A stretch of 64,000 nt of DNA. Source: a virus (taxonomy: Duplodnaviria; Caudoviricetes). The DNA lies in the IMG/VR virus record IMGVR_UViG_2708742532_000007, positions 20,528 to 84,527 of that record; one strand, given 5' to 3'. Numbering within the stretch: the stretch's first letter is position 1; each line of letters begins with the position of its first letter. Under the pieces are notes generated by a model. That model did not search any database and had not been told where the DNA came from. It saw only the letters and a list, made by a program, of their open reading frames with translations. Made by a program: the position numbers and the translations under genes. This document shows, in pieces, positions 39,910-49,679 of this stretch.

Positions 39910-40440
39910 TTGGAGAAAAGGAATTTGACTAAAGAAAGTATCAGGTTCGTGGGCATTGACCCATCAACTAAAACAGGTTTTGTTATTCTTGATTCTAACG
40001 GTGAGGTAGTTGTAGAAGAAGAAATTCGAGCAACAGCTACAAAAGACCCTGCTAGAATGATTGGAATAGCAAAACAAATTAAATCGTACTTGCAACCAAA
40101 TGACAAAGTTGTTATTGAAGGTTTCGCTTACGGTGCTAAGGGTAAAGCAGTAGACTTCCAATATGGACTAGGTTGGTTAATCAGAGCTATGCTTTTTACT
40201 GAAAAGTTCGGTTATTCTGACGCTACACCAAGTCAGGTGAAGAAGTTTGCCAGCAACAAAGGGAACGCAAAGAAGGAAGATTTAGTGCTACCACTGTATA
40301 AGAAGTGGGGTTATGAACACCACTCAGATAATGTGCGTGACGCATACATTATGGCTCGTATGGCGTACAACATGTATAATCACGCTGGATTGCAGAAATA
40401 CGAGCAAGAGGTACTGAGTAAAATGATAAAGCCAAAATAA
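39910..40440 (+). CDS. RuvC-like Holliday junction resolvase
   Basis: FVGIDPSTKTG, VVIEGF, GNAKKE, DNVRDA. Confidence 0.85.
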   Translation: MEKRNLTKESIRFVGIDPSTKTGFVILDSNGEVVVEEEIRATATKDPARMIGIAKQIKSYLQPNDKVVIEGFAYGAKGKAVDFQYGLGWLIRAMLFTEKFGYSDATPSQVKKFASNKGNAKKEDLVLPLYKKWGYEHHSDNVRDAYIMARMAYNMYNHAGLQKYEQEVLSKMIKPK

Positions 40441-40591
40441 TAATAAATTGTAAAAAATAATAATTTATAAAAGGGTTATTAAAATCACTTTACAAAAATA
40501 ACATAATAATATAATCTGAAAATTATATATTGGTGGCTTGTTAGTTACTTAACAAAAAGCATAATAAGATTTGAAAGGTAGGGATTGTAAA

Positions 40592-41572
40592 ATGGCAGAA
40601 CAATTATTACGAGAAGCATTAAATAAAATTGAGATAGTTGGTTTCGCTCAAGAATCAACACTCGAAAAGAAAGAGTTCAAAGACAACATAGGTAAACCTT
40701 ACACATGTATAAGCGGTGACATTACTGTTAAAATCAGTGAGGAAGAAACTCAGGTTGTGTCTTACTTCGCAAAAGAGCTTACACAAAAAGGCGAAGTAAA
40801 TAAAAACTACAAAGCCTTAACTACTATCATGAATGAACTAGTTACTGTTGCTGACGTTGCTCAAGGAGTATCAGAAGGTGAGCCTTCCCGTATTGAATGT
40901 CAAGGTAAATTAACTCTAAATGAGTACAAAGGCAATGATGGAGAAGTTAAATCATTCCCTAAAATTAGTGGTCAATACGCACCTATTCGCTACAAAGGCG
41001 AAGCAAAAGATTTCAATCCAAAAGCTAAGTTTGATATTGAGGGAATCGTGAAATCACTTAAAGCAGAAACAGATAAAGATGAAAATGAAACAGGTCGATT
41101 AAAAATTCAGCTTTACGTTCCTTTGTATGGTGGGAAAACAATTCCATTAACATTTGTAACAGGTGAAACATTGCCACAAGGCGGTAAAGACTACTTAACT
41201 GACAACTTCCAATCTCGTGCTTCTGTGCGTATTTACGGTGATTTAGTTAACAAGTCTAAAAAAATCGAACGTGTAATTGAATCAGGTTTCGGTGAAAACA
41301 AAACTGACGTAACTTATGAGCGTACTCGTGAGTTTATCGCAACAGGCGGTACATTATACGAGGAAGGTGTTCACAAAGAAGTATTCGACATTTCACTTCT
41401 TAAAGAAGCATTAGCTAATCGTGAGCGTCATTTATCAGCACTAAAAGAGAAAGAAAAAACTGATGATAAACCAAAACCAACAGCAGGTTTTGGTAATGGT
41501 TCTCAACAAACAAATGCTAAAACAAATGAAAAACAAGATGATGGTTTAGATGATTTATTTGGTGAAGATTAA
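40592..41572 (+). CDS. Tandem OB-fold ssDNA-binding protein (YorF-like)
   Basis: ATG 40592 after GGTAGGG; beta-rich with acidic C-tail DDGLDDLFGED; precedes the AAA recombinase. Confidence 0.65.
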   Translation: MAEQLLREALNKIEIVGFAQESTLEKKEFKDNIGKPYTCISGDITVKISEEETQVVSYFAKELTQKGEVNKNYKALTTIMNELVTVADVAQGVSEGEPSRIECQGKLTLNEYKGNDGEVKSFPKISGQYAPIRYKGEAKDFNPKAKFDIEGIVKSLKAETDKDENETGRLKIQLYVPLYGGKTIPLTFVTGETLPQGGKDYLTDNFQSRASVRIYGDLVNKSKKIERVIESGFGENKTDVTYERTREFIATGGTLYEEGVHKEVFDISLLKEALANRERHLSALKEKEKTDDKPKPTAGFGNGSQQTNAKTNEKQDDGLDDLFGED

Positions 41573-41616
41573 TTCTTCTAAGTAATGAAATAATATCGTA
41601 GATTTCGATAATTAAA

Positions 41617-41672
41617 AAGAAGGTTGACAATCACCACTTTCTTTTCTGAATAGGCGGTTGTCAACCTTCTTC
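41617..41672 (+). terminator. Long hairpin after the SSB-like gene
   Basis: AGAAGGTTGACAATCACC...GGCGGTTGTCAACCTTCT. Confidence 0.6.
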
Positions 41673-41710
41673 TATTGAATAAATTTTAACAGAAAATGGA
41701 GAGTTAAACA

Positions 41711-42691
41711 ATGACAATCGACTTATTAGCTATTCAACCACATCAAATTTCTCGTGATCTTCGTGAAAAAATCGTAGTAATCTACGGTGAGCCAAAGGTT
41801 GGTAAAACAACTATAGCTTCACAATTTCCCAAAGCTTTATTACTAGCGTTTGAAAAAGGCTATAACGCTCTTGCGGGTGTTATGGCACAAAACGTTACTA
41901 AGTGGGCTGACTTCAAGAAGGTATTACGACAACTTGAAAACGCTCAAGTTAAAGAAAAATTTGAAACTATTATTGTAGATACAGCAGACTTATCTTATGC
42001 TTCATGCGAGAAGTTCATTCTTCAACGTGAAGGCGTAGATAAAATCGGTGATATTCCTTACGGTGGGGGCTATAAATTAGTTCGTGACGAGTTCGATACA
42101 GTGTTACGGTCAATCCCAATGATGGGTTATGGTCTTGTAATGATTTCACATGCTCAAGTACAAACGATTACAGCAGAAGATGGAGCAGAGTATTCAAAAA
42201 CAGTACCGACATTAACAAAACAGCCTCGTGGTATCGTGCTGTCAATGGCTGACATTATCGGTTACGCTAAGTCAATCGAACGTGAAGGTGAATCTAAAAC
42301 AGCATTATTCTTACGTGGTACACAACAATTTGAAGCGGGTTCACGTTTTAAACATACACCACCTGTTATCAAATTTGAATATGAAGCCCTAGTGAAAGCA
42401 ATCGCTGACGCTATTGAAAAAGAAGAAGTTGAAAAAGGTCAAACAACAGTAGTTGAAAAAGGAGTTAACTTATACGCTGAGGAAGAACTACTATCGTTTG
42501 AAGATTTAAAAACTGAAATCAAAGACCTTACAGCTAAATTAGTTGAAAAACAAGGTGCTAACGTTGCGAAAAAAACAATGAACAACCTTGTGGAACTACA
42601 CTTAGGAAAAAGTCGAACTCTAAAAGATGTGACAGAATCGCAAATAGAACAACTGTCTTTAATTGCTTATGATTTAAAACAAATGTTGTAA
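41711..42691 (+). CDS. AAA_24/Sak4-like ATPase (YorG-like)
   Basis: YGEPKVGKTT, LAFEKG, IIVDT, GDIPYGGGY, AGSRF. Confidence 0.85.
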   Translation: MTIDLLAIQPHQISRDLREKIVVIYGEPKVGKTTIASQFPKALLLAFEKGYNALAGVMAQNVTKWADFKKVLRQLENAQVKEKFETIIVDTADLSYASCEKFILQREGVDKIGDIPYGGGYKLVRDEFDTVLRSIPMMGYGLVMISHAQVQTITAEDGAEYSKTVPTLTKQPRGIVLSMADIIGYAKSIEREGESKTALFLRGTQQFEAGSRFKHTPPVIKFEYEALVKAIADAIEKEEVEKGQTTVVEKGVNLYAEEELLSFEDLKTEIKDLTAKLVEKQGANVAKKTMNNLVELHLGKSRTLKDVTESQIEQLSLIAYDLKQML

Positions 42692-42767
42692 AAATAGTGT
42701 AATGATATGTGAGCGGGGAGTGTTAGAGATAGCGCTCTCTATTGTCGCTTGTAAAGGGTGGTAAGTT

Positions 42768-43499
42768 GTGGCAAGAGCATTACCAAAGTGCAAAATTTGT
42801 AAAGAAGAAATCAACAAGAATGATGTATCTAGTTTTATTAAAAAGAGTAGTGGTTATTTCCATGTTGACTGTGAATCAGAAAAGGGAGATAAGGAAAAGA
42901 AGACATGTAGTTTCTGTAATGGAGAGTTCGAAAGCGAAAAGGATATTGTGAAGCGTGGTAGCTTAACAGTCCATCAAAGTTGCTTAGAGCAATATCATCA
43001 ATCTAGTGAGAAGGTTGAAGTGAAGGTTAGGGTGAGAACCTGTCCTAAGTGTAAAGAGAAGGTCAATCCCCTTGACGTAGACGCTCTTGATACTGACACA
43101 GCAACTTATCACAAAGCTTGCTATGAGAGCATACAAAGACAAAAGAAAAACCGAGAGGAACTACTTGATTACATTGCATTGAAATACAATGTTGAGTTTC
43201 CAACCGGCTTTATGTTAAAGCAAATAACTGATTATCACAATAAACGAGGTTACTCATACAAAGCAATGCTAGTGACCTTAAAGTATATGTTTGATGTTGA
43301 AAAAGTTCCTACTAAGGAGGGTGTAGGATTAGGTCTTATACCTTTCTATTTCGAGAAAGCCAAAAGCTATCACCAAAAACTAAGAAAAGCAGGAAACTCA
43401 GCTAACAACGTTACTATAAACAACAAGACAGTGAAAATCAAAGCTGTTGCCCCTGTTAAGGCAAATAGAGTAAGTCGCTATGATTTAAGCAGCATGTAA
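42768..43499 (+). CDS. Zinc-finger protein, probable helicase loader (YorH-like)
   Basis: Three CxxC...HxxC units; GLGLIPFYFE; directly before the helicase. Confidence 0.7.
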   Translation: MARALPKCKICKEEINKNDVSSFIKKSSGYFHVDCESEKGDKEKKTCSFCNGEFESEKDIVKRGSLTVHQSCLEQYHQSSEKVEVKVRVRTCPKCKEKVNPLDVDALDTDTATYHKACYESIQRQKKNREELLDYIALKYNVEFPTGFMLKQITDYHNKRGYSYKAMLVTLKYMFDVEKVPTKEGVGLGLIPFYFEKAKSYHQKLRKAGNSANNVTINNKTVKIKAVAPVKANRVSRYDLSSM

Positions 43500-43511
43500 G
43501 GAGAATGGGAA

Positions 43512-45176
43512 ATGAGTAATAAAACACTCTTAGCTCTACAAGATAAATTTGCTTATATTCCAATATTCGCTAGACTTCTGAATGAACCTGATGAAGTGTT
43601 GAGTTTATCTAGTGGATATAAGCTAACACCGAATGATTTCCCTGAGAGATTTCATAAGATTTTATTCACAACAATAAATGAGCTTTATCATGAAGGTGTC
43701 TCAAAGATTGGTAAGTTTGAGATTAACGCCTATTTACTAAAAGGATTTACTAACCAACACCGAATATATAAGGACAATGGCGGTGATGAATATGTTGACA
43801 GAGTGATGGAACTAAATGAGCCTGATAACTTCGATTATCACTATAACAGAGTTAAAAAGTTTTCATTGCTTAGACACTATACTGAGGTTGGTATTGATAT
43901 TTCAGACATTTATGATGTTGATGTTTTTGAGCTTAAAGATGAAGAAGAACAGTCAGAACGCTTCAATAAATTGACTATAGTTGACATAGTGAAACACATT
44001 GACAGCAAAATCATTGATATTAAGTCTGAATTTTTGATTGAAAAAGAAGGTGTCGGTAGTCACTTATCTGAGAACATTCGAGATATTTTCTTCAAGAAAA
44101 CACTAGCTCTAAGTTATGGCGCTAACTTAACAAGTGGCTATCTTAACACAGCTTCTCGTGGCGCACGATTGCGAAAGCTTTACTGTATTTCAGGTAACTC
44201 AGGCTCGGGTAAAACTCGTTCGCTATTAGCCCACATCTTAAATATGTGTGTAACTGATATTTATACTGATGGTAAGTGGGTTAAAACCAACAACAAAGGG
44301 CGTGGATTATTTATCTCAACGGAGTTAGAGGAAGAAGAAATTAAGATTCCTGCGGTATGTTTCATTGCTGATGTTGAAGAAGAGAAGGTTCATAACAATG
44401 ACCTAACGGACGATGAAATTAAGCGTTTAAAACACGCTTTTAAAGTTTTAGAACAAACACCTGTATGGTTCGAAGAATTATTTGACTTTGATGATGATGA
44501 TATTGAACATGAAATCGAGAAACATGTAAACAAAAATGGTGTACAATATATTGGTTTTGACTATATGCATTCAACATTAAAGATGTTTGATAGCCTAGCA
44601 AAACAAGGCGCACGTAACCTTCAAGAGCACCAAGTATTGCGTATCATGTCAATACGTTTAAAGAACATCTGTAATCGCTACAATGTTTGGATTGGTACAT
44701 CTACTCAGCTTAATGACACATGGAAACAAGGTGCATTAGACCAATCGGCATTAGAAGGCTCTAAATCTATAGTCAACAAACTGGACTTAGGGGCAATTCA
44801 AATTCCTCTTACAACTCAAGATGAGGCGTTGTTTGATGAAATTAAAAAGACCGCTAACTTAGGTTTCCATTTGCAACCTACTCACACAATCAACATCTAT
44901 AAAAATCGTGGTAACAAGTGGAAGTTAATTCGCATTTGGGTACATTTCAATTTAGGTACTCTACGAATGACCGACTTATTTGTAACTAACTATAAAGGTG
45001 AAGTTATCTCTGATATTACACCAACTATGGTTGAACAGTTCCTAGAAGTTGATGAAAATGAAGAAACAGTTGTTTTCAACATCTATGCAGAAGATAAAGA
45101 AGAAATCATGGCTATCATAAAAGAAGCTAATAGCTATCAAGATGAAGGTTGCATTGGAGATTTATTTGGGGGCTAG
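43512..45176 (+). CDS. dnaB: Replicative DnaB-family helicase (YorI-like)
   Basis: SGNSGSGKTR, FISTE, FDYMH, STQLN, GSKSIVNKLD, YKNRG. Confidence 0.88.
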   Translation: MSNKTLLALQDKFAYIPIFARLLNEPDEVLSLSSGYKLTPNDFPERFHKILFTTINELYHEGVSKIGKFEINAYLLKGFTNQHRIYKDNGGDEYVDRVMELNEPDNFDYHYNRVKKFSLLRHYTEVGIDISDIYDVDVFELKDEEEQSERFNKLTIVDIVKHIDSKIIDIKSEFLIEKEGVGSHLSENIRDIFFKKTLALSYGANLTSGYLNTASRGARLRKLYCISGNSGSGKTRSLLAHILNMCVTDIYTDGKWVKTNNKGRGLFISTELEEEEIKIPAVCFIADVEEEKVHNNDLTDDEIKRLKHAFKVLEQTPVWFEELFDFDDDDIEHEIEKHVNKNGVQYIGFDYMHSTLKMFDSLAKQGARNLQEHQVLRIMSIRLKNICNRYNVWIGTSTQLNDTWKQGALDQSALEGSKSIVNKLDLGAIQIPLTTQDEALFDEIKKTANLGFHLQPTHTINIYKNRGNKWKLIRIWVHFNLGTLRMTDLFVTNYKGEVISDITPTMVEQFLEVDENEETVVFNIYAEDKEEIMAIIKEANSYQDEGCIGDLFGG

Positions 45177-46298
45177 GTGATTGAAATGTATGACAAAGAT
45201 AAGTTGAAAAGTGAGCTAACAATTGAAGATATTAAGACAATTCTGACAGAGTTAGGGGTTCAACACATTGAATCACACCTAGAAAAAGGTCACATTATAA
45301 CTAACACCATTTGTCATAACATTTCAGATGGAAAGATGAAGTTATACTACTACATAGATGATATGATTTTTCGTTGTTATACAGATTGCGGTAGTAATTT
45401 TGATGTATTTGACCTAGTGATTAAAAGCTATGCTTTAAAAGGCGTGGAAATTAATCTGATAGGTGCTATTAATTGGATTCTAAGAACTCTTGGAAAGACA
45501 AATGATTACACAACTAGACCAGAGGGTTTTGGGCATTCCTATGTTAGTAGACGAGAAGAATTAGATTGGCTTGATAGCTTAATAGTTAAGAAGCCTGTCA
45601 ATATTGAAATGAAAGTGCATAGAGAATACACTTTGAAATTGTTTTCTAGAAAGCCTCACCCATTGTTCTTATTTGACAATATCAGTGAGGAAACAATGAA
45701 AAAATATGAGATTATGTACTATGAGAAATCAAATAGAATTGTCATTCCTCACAGAAGACATGACACAGGTGAGTTGATTGGACTTAAATCTAGGTCATTA
45801 AACTTCGAGGACATTGATAATGGATATAAATACATTCCACTAAAGATACAGAATGTACAGTATTCTTACCCAACTTTCCAAAACCTCTATGGATTGTATC
45901 AAAACAAAAACTTCATTAAAAAGATTCGAAAAGTAGTTATTTTTGAATCTGAGAAGTCAGTAATGCAGTTTGAAACCTACTTTCCTAATCAGAACTTTAG
46001 TGTAGCTCTATGTGGTAGTAATATTAGTAAACAACAGGTGGAAATGCTAATTAACTTAGGCGTACAGGAAGTTATTATTGCGCTAGATAAAGAGTTCACA
46101 GTTCTCAACACAAAAGAGGCTAACATATATGAAGAAAAACTACAGCGACTTTGCTCAATGTTTAGTAGCTACGCTAAGGTAAGTATGATATGGGACAGGT
46201 GGAATCTGCTAGATTTAAAGGATTCACCTTCTGATAAAGGTAGAGAGGTTTTTGTTGAGTTATTCAAAATGAGAAGAACTATTAACACAAAGCAATGA
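45177..46298 (+). CDS. dnaG: DNA primase (YorJ-like)
   Basis: TICH...CYTDC zinc finger, RIVIPH, NLYGL, FESEKS, IIALD, KDSPSD TOPRIM. Confidence 0.85.
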   Translation: MIEMYDKDKLKSELTIEDIKTILTELGVQHIESHLEKGHIITNTICHNISDGKMKLYYYIDDMIFRCYTDCGSNFDVFDLVIKSYALKGVEINLIGAINWILRTLGKTNDYTTRPEGFGHSYVSRREELDWLDSLIVKKPVNIEMKVHREYTLKLFSRKPHPLFLFDNISEETMKKYEIMYYEKSNRIVIPHRRHDTGELIGLKSRSLNFEDIDNGYKYIPLKIQNVQYSYPTFQNLYGLYQNKNFIKKIRKVVIFESEKSVMQFETYFPNQNFSVALCGSNISKQQVEMLINLGVQEVIIALDKEFTVLNTKEANIYEEKLQRLCSMFSSYAKVSMIWDRWNLLDLKDSPSDKGREVFVELFKMRRTINTKQ

Positions 46299-46513
46299 AT
46301 AACGCAATGGAAGAGCAATTAAAATATTAGAAGAATCAGTAGAAATTGCGATGTAGATTGCTTACTTAGATGAAGATACAAAAATCAATTTTGGCTTAAC
46401 ACCTGAAAAAGAAAAGAAGCAAAGGAAAATACCGAAAATATTGAATTTGCAATGTTATTTCTAGGTGCATAAAACTTTAAATTTAGGAAAATAAGAAACG
46501 GCAAAGATTATTT

Positions 46514-46532
46514 AAAAGTAATATAATGATAT
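46514..46532 (+). promoter_or_regulatory. Consensus copy of dispersed 19-bp motif AAAAGTAATATAATGATAT (exact copies also at 54631 and 55084)
   Basis: About 20 near-identical intergenic copies, always oriented with transcription. Confidence 0.75.
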
Positions 46533-46541
46533 TATCGGAGA

Positions 46542-48326
46542 GTGAATTTGTTGTACAGGTTAATTAGCACATCCAATATTGTCACGGATGATTTCCTGGA
46601 AGTGATTCTAGGGAATCGTGGCATTACAGACAAAGAGCGGTTCTTAGAACCAAAAGCAAGTGATGAAATTCACTACTCAAACTTACACAACATAAAGGAA
46701 GCTGTAGCGCTGTTCAAAGAGATTGAGAACAGAGGGCGAGTAGAAGTGAGAAAGATAAGAGTTGCATTAATTATTGATAGTGATATTGATGGAAACACAA
46801 GTTCAGCTATTCTCGCTTCATATATCGAGAATCTATTCCCTCATATTGAACTTATCTTCTTATTCCATGAAGGTAAACAACATGGTATTACAGAGGATAA
46901 AGTGAAAGAGATTGTAGAGTTGAATAAGGAAACAGCTCTTGACTTATTAATCGTAGCTGACGCAGGAACAAGCGATTATAGACAACAGTATCTCATTAGT
47001 GAAAAACATGAAATACCTATCCTAATCCTTGACCACCACGAAGCTGAGAATGGTGAATCAGAGTTTGCTCTGGTAGTCAACAACCAACTATCAGATAACT
47101 ATCCTAACAAGGCCTTATCAGGTGTAGGGATCGTATACAAGTTTTTACAGGCGCTTGACGATGAATATGGCTACATGGAAGCGGAGGAGTATTTAGACCT
47201 TGTAGCGCTTGGCAATATCGCTGACAGCATGGACTTAACAAGTCCTGAGACACGCTACTTAGTGTATGAAGGACTAAAAGATATACGCAATGGGTTCTTA
47301 AAGGAAATCATCTTAAAACAGATTGGTGACTTTAAGCGTGTATATCCCCACACCTTGGCTTTCGGTGTTATCCCTAAAATGAACGGTATTATCCGAGTAG
47401 GGAAACCGGAGGAAAAGATTGACTTATTCAATGCTTTTAGAGGGTTTGAGCAAGCTACAGTGAATCCTCGCTCTAAGAAAAGTGAGACACTTCCACAAAA
47501 GGTAACTCGACAATGTGTCAACGCTCATAAGCGTCAGAAGACAATGCGTGAAAAATGGGTTGTCAAAATCAGGGAGCAGATTGTAGAAAAGAATCTTCAC
47601 GAAAATGCGTTTCTTTTGATTGAGCTAGAGGAATCATTTGACCGAGACTTAAGTGGCTACCTTGCTGGAGCGTTAGCAGGAGAGTATAGAAAGCCTGTTC
47701 TAATGTTAGTGTGGGATAGCAAGATAGAGCGCTTCTCAGGCTCTCTACGTGGTTATGATGGCACTATGAAGAACACTAAGGACTTTCTAGAGGGATTGAA
47801 TTTGTTTGATTATCTAGGTGGACACCAAAATGCTTGCGGATTCAAGATTTCAAGAGATTCATTATTCAGTTTGAATGGTGCCATTAATAGCGCTTTAGAG
47901 GAACAGAATCTAACAGGTCATCAGAAGATTGATGTTGATTTCTATTTAGAAGATGGTCAATTAACTACTGAGCTAGTTAATAAAGTTTTTGAATATGAGT
48001 ACCTGTGGGGCAAGGGAGCAAGGAAGCCATTGTTTGCAATTGATATTGAAGTAGACACTAACAGGATTAAAAAGTCTTCAAGCTCAAACATGATTGAGTG
48101 GTATCACAACAATATCAAATTTTTACAATTCACATGCGATAGACGCTTACTTGACCTGATGGAAGACGGTCATATCGTTAACCTAACAATCGTTGGAAGC
48201 TTAAGTGTGAACTATTTCTTGGGAAAAAGCACACCACAGTTCATAATTGAAGATATAGCAATAGGTGAAAAAACAGAATTAACACCAATTGAAGAAGTCA
48301 AAGTAGATGATTTATTTAATTGGTAA
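46542..48326 (+). CDS. recJ: RecJ-like ssDNA exonuclease (YorK-like)
   Basis: DSDIDG, ILDHH, LSGVG, DLVALGNIAD, GSLRG, GGHQNACG. Confidence 0.9.
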   Translation: MNLLYRLISTSNIVTDDFLEVILGNRGITDKERFLEPKASDEIHYSNLHNIKEAVALFKEIENRGRVEVRKIRVALIIDSDIDGNTSSAILASYIENLFPHIELIFLFHEGKQHGITEDKVKEIVELNKETALDLLIVADAGTSDYRQQYLISEKHEIPILILDHHEAENGESEFALVVNNQLSDNYPNKALSGVGIVYKFLQALDDEYGYMEAEEYLDLVALGNIADSMDLTSPETRYLVYEGLKDIRNGFLKEIILKQIGDFKRVYPHTLAFGVIPKMNGIIRVGKPEEKIDLFNAFRGFEQATVNPRSKKSETLPQKVTRQCVNAHKRQKTMREKWVVKIREQIVEKNLHENAFLLIELEESFDRDLSGYLAGALAGEYRKPVLMLVWDSKIERFSGSLRGYDGTMKNTKDFLEGLNLFDYLGGHQNACGFKISRDSLFSLNGAINSALEEQNLTGHQKIDVDFYLEDGQLTTELVNKVFEYEYLWGKGARKPLFAIDIEVDTNRIKKSSSSNMIEWYHNNIKFLQFTCDRRLLDLMEDGHIVNLTIVGSLSVNYFLGKSTPQFIIEDIAIGEKTELTPIEEVKVDDLFNW

Positions 48327-48748
48327 AAATAACAAAATTGAATGTTTTATTATTGTGATGATGGCGATTTTATTAATATTTAGTAGAGGAAAATCTAGAT
48401 GAAAAGGAGAGTAGCAATTATTAAAAAACACAATGAATTTTTTAATAATAATGAAAGCTATTGCCTTGTAGGTGAAGACAGGGCTATTTAGTTTACAATG
48501 TTGGCGACCTTGTTTCTTGATGCTTTTAGCTTAGGAATCATAGATTGAAAACGAGTCTTTCGTGATGGGTTGGTAAGCTGCTGATCTAATAGGCTTTATC
48601 AATTTTAAAGTCCCAATAGGTGAGTAATCAAATGAGATTTTGGAAGAAAAAGAAGAAAGCAAAACACGCAAAGAAGAAAGAGAAAGGTGACATACTTGAT
48701 TAGTTCTCAGATAGTGTAGACTATTATTGTTGCTTGTTTGAAATCTTT

Positions 48749-48778
48749 AAAAAGAGTAGGAAAAACTACTCTTTTTTT
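48749..48778. terminator. Bidirectional terminator
   Basis: AAAAAGAGTAG-GAAAAA-CTACTCTTTTTTT. Confidence 0.65.
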
Positions 48779-49034
48779 ATTTACAAAAATAACAATATTA
48801 TATATGATTTTGATTATTGGAACTATGTTTATTTAAAGAGGAAAAATAAGAATGAAAAACAAGAGTAAATACGACTTACAAAATGTTTGGTCAAAAAAAT
48901 AAATTGAATTTATTACGAAAAAAATTTCCTGTGAGTCAGTAGTATAGAGTAAATGCAAAAAAAATGAATAGTGATGAAATGCCTGTTAGAAAACAAATTG
49001 CTTTATTAATGAGTGAATTAGCGGCAAAGGGGAG

Positions 49035-49643
49035 ATGGAAATGACAAATAAAATACATAAAAATGAGAATAAGCATTGGACTGATTCTCATTTAGATTAT
49101 ATTGAAACCAATTATGGTGTAAAAGACATTGAAGAAATGTCGAAATATTTAGGTAGGAGTGTTGAGGCTATTAAATGTTCCGCAACTAAACTTGCTCAAA
49201 GATTAATGACAACAAAAGAGCTTGCGAACTATGGACTACCTGCTAAAAAGTTTAAGAAACATGGAACTTCATACAATGACTATAGTTTTGGTGTTGAACA
49301 AGATAAGTTTTGGGATTGGCTCGAAAAACATAGAGAAAAAGTAAGTTTAGACCCTAATAAATTTGAGCGAAATGAAATATTGCCTGAGCCTGTTTGGTTG
49401 CAAGAGGTCATGGTAAATGGTGTTGCCTATGCCAGAAGAAAATGGTCGAAAAAGTTAGAAAAAACTGTTTGGGACATGTAGTACTTCAATCAAAAAAACA
49501 TCACTGAAATATCAAAAGAGGTCGGAGTGACTTTCGGGAGTGTGCGAAGAAAGCTTGAGCGTGTGCAAAAACAAAAGACAAAAGAAGCTAAACAGAAGAA
49601 TATCAAAAATGATATAATAATATATGGATTAGAAATAGGTTAA
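49035..49643 (+). pseudogene. HTH protein interrupted by a premature TAG
   Basis: Reading past TAG 49479-49481 gives YFNQKNITEISKEVGVTFGSVRRKLERV (HTH) to TAA 49643. Confidence 0.6.
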
Positions 49644-49679
49644 TTCCTAAGGATATTTTTATTGATTGGAGAAGATGAT

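Noticed and set aside
49479-49481. TAG stop-codon reassignment or readthrough
   Set aside because: Intact genes (dnaB, dnaE, spike) end normally at TAG and other lesions are frameshifts, so ordinary decay explains it
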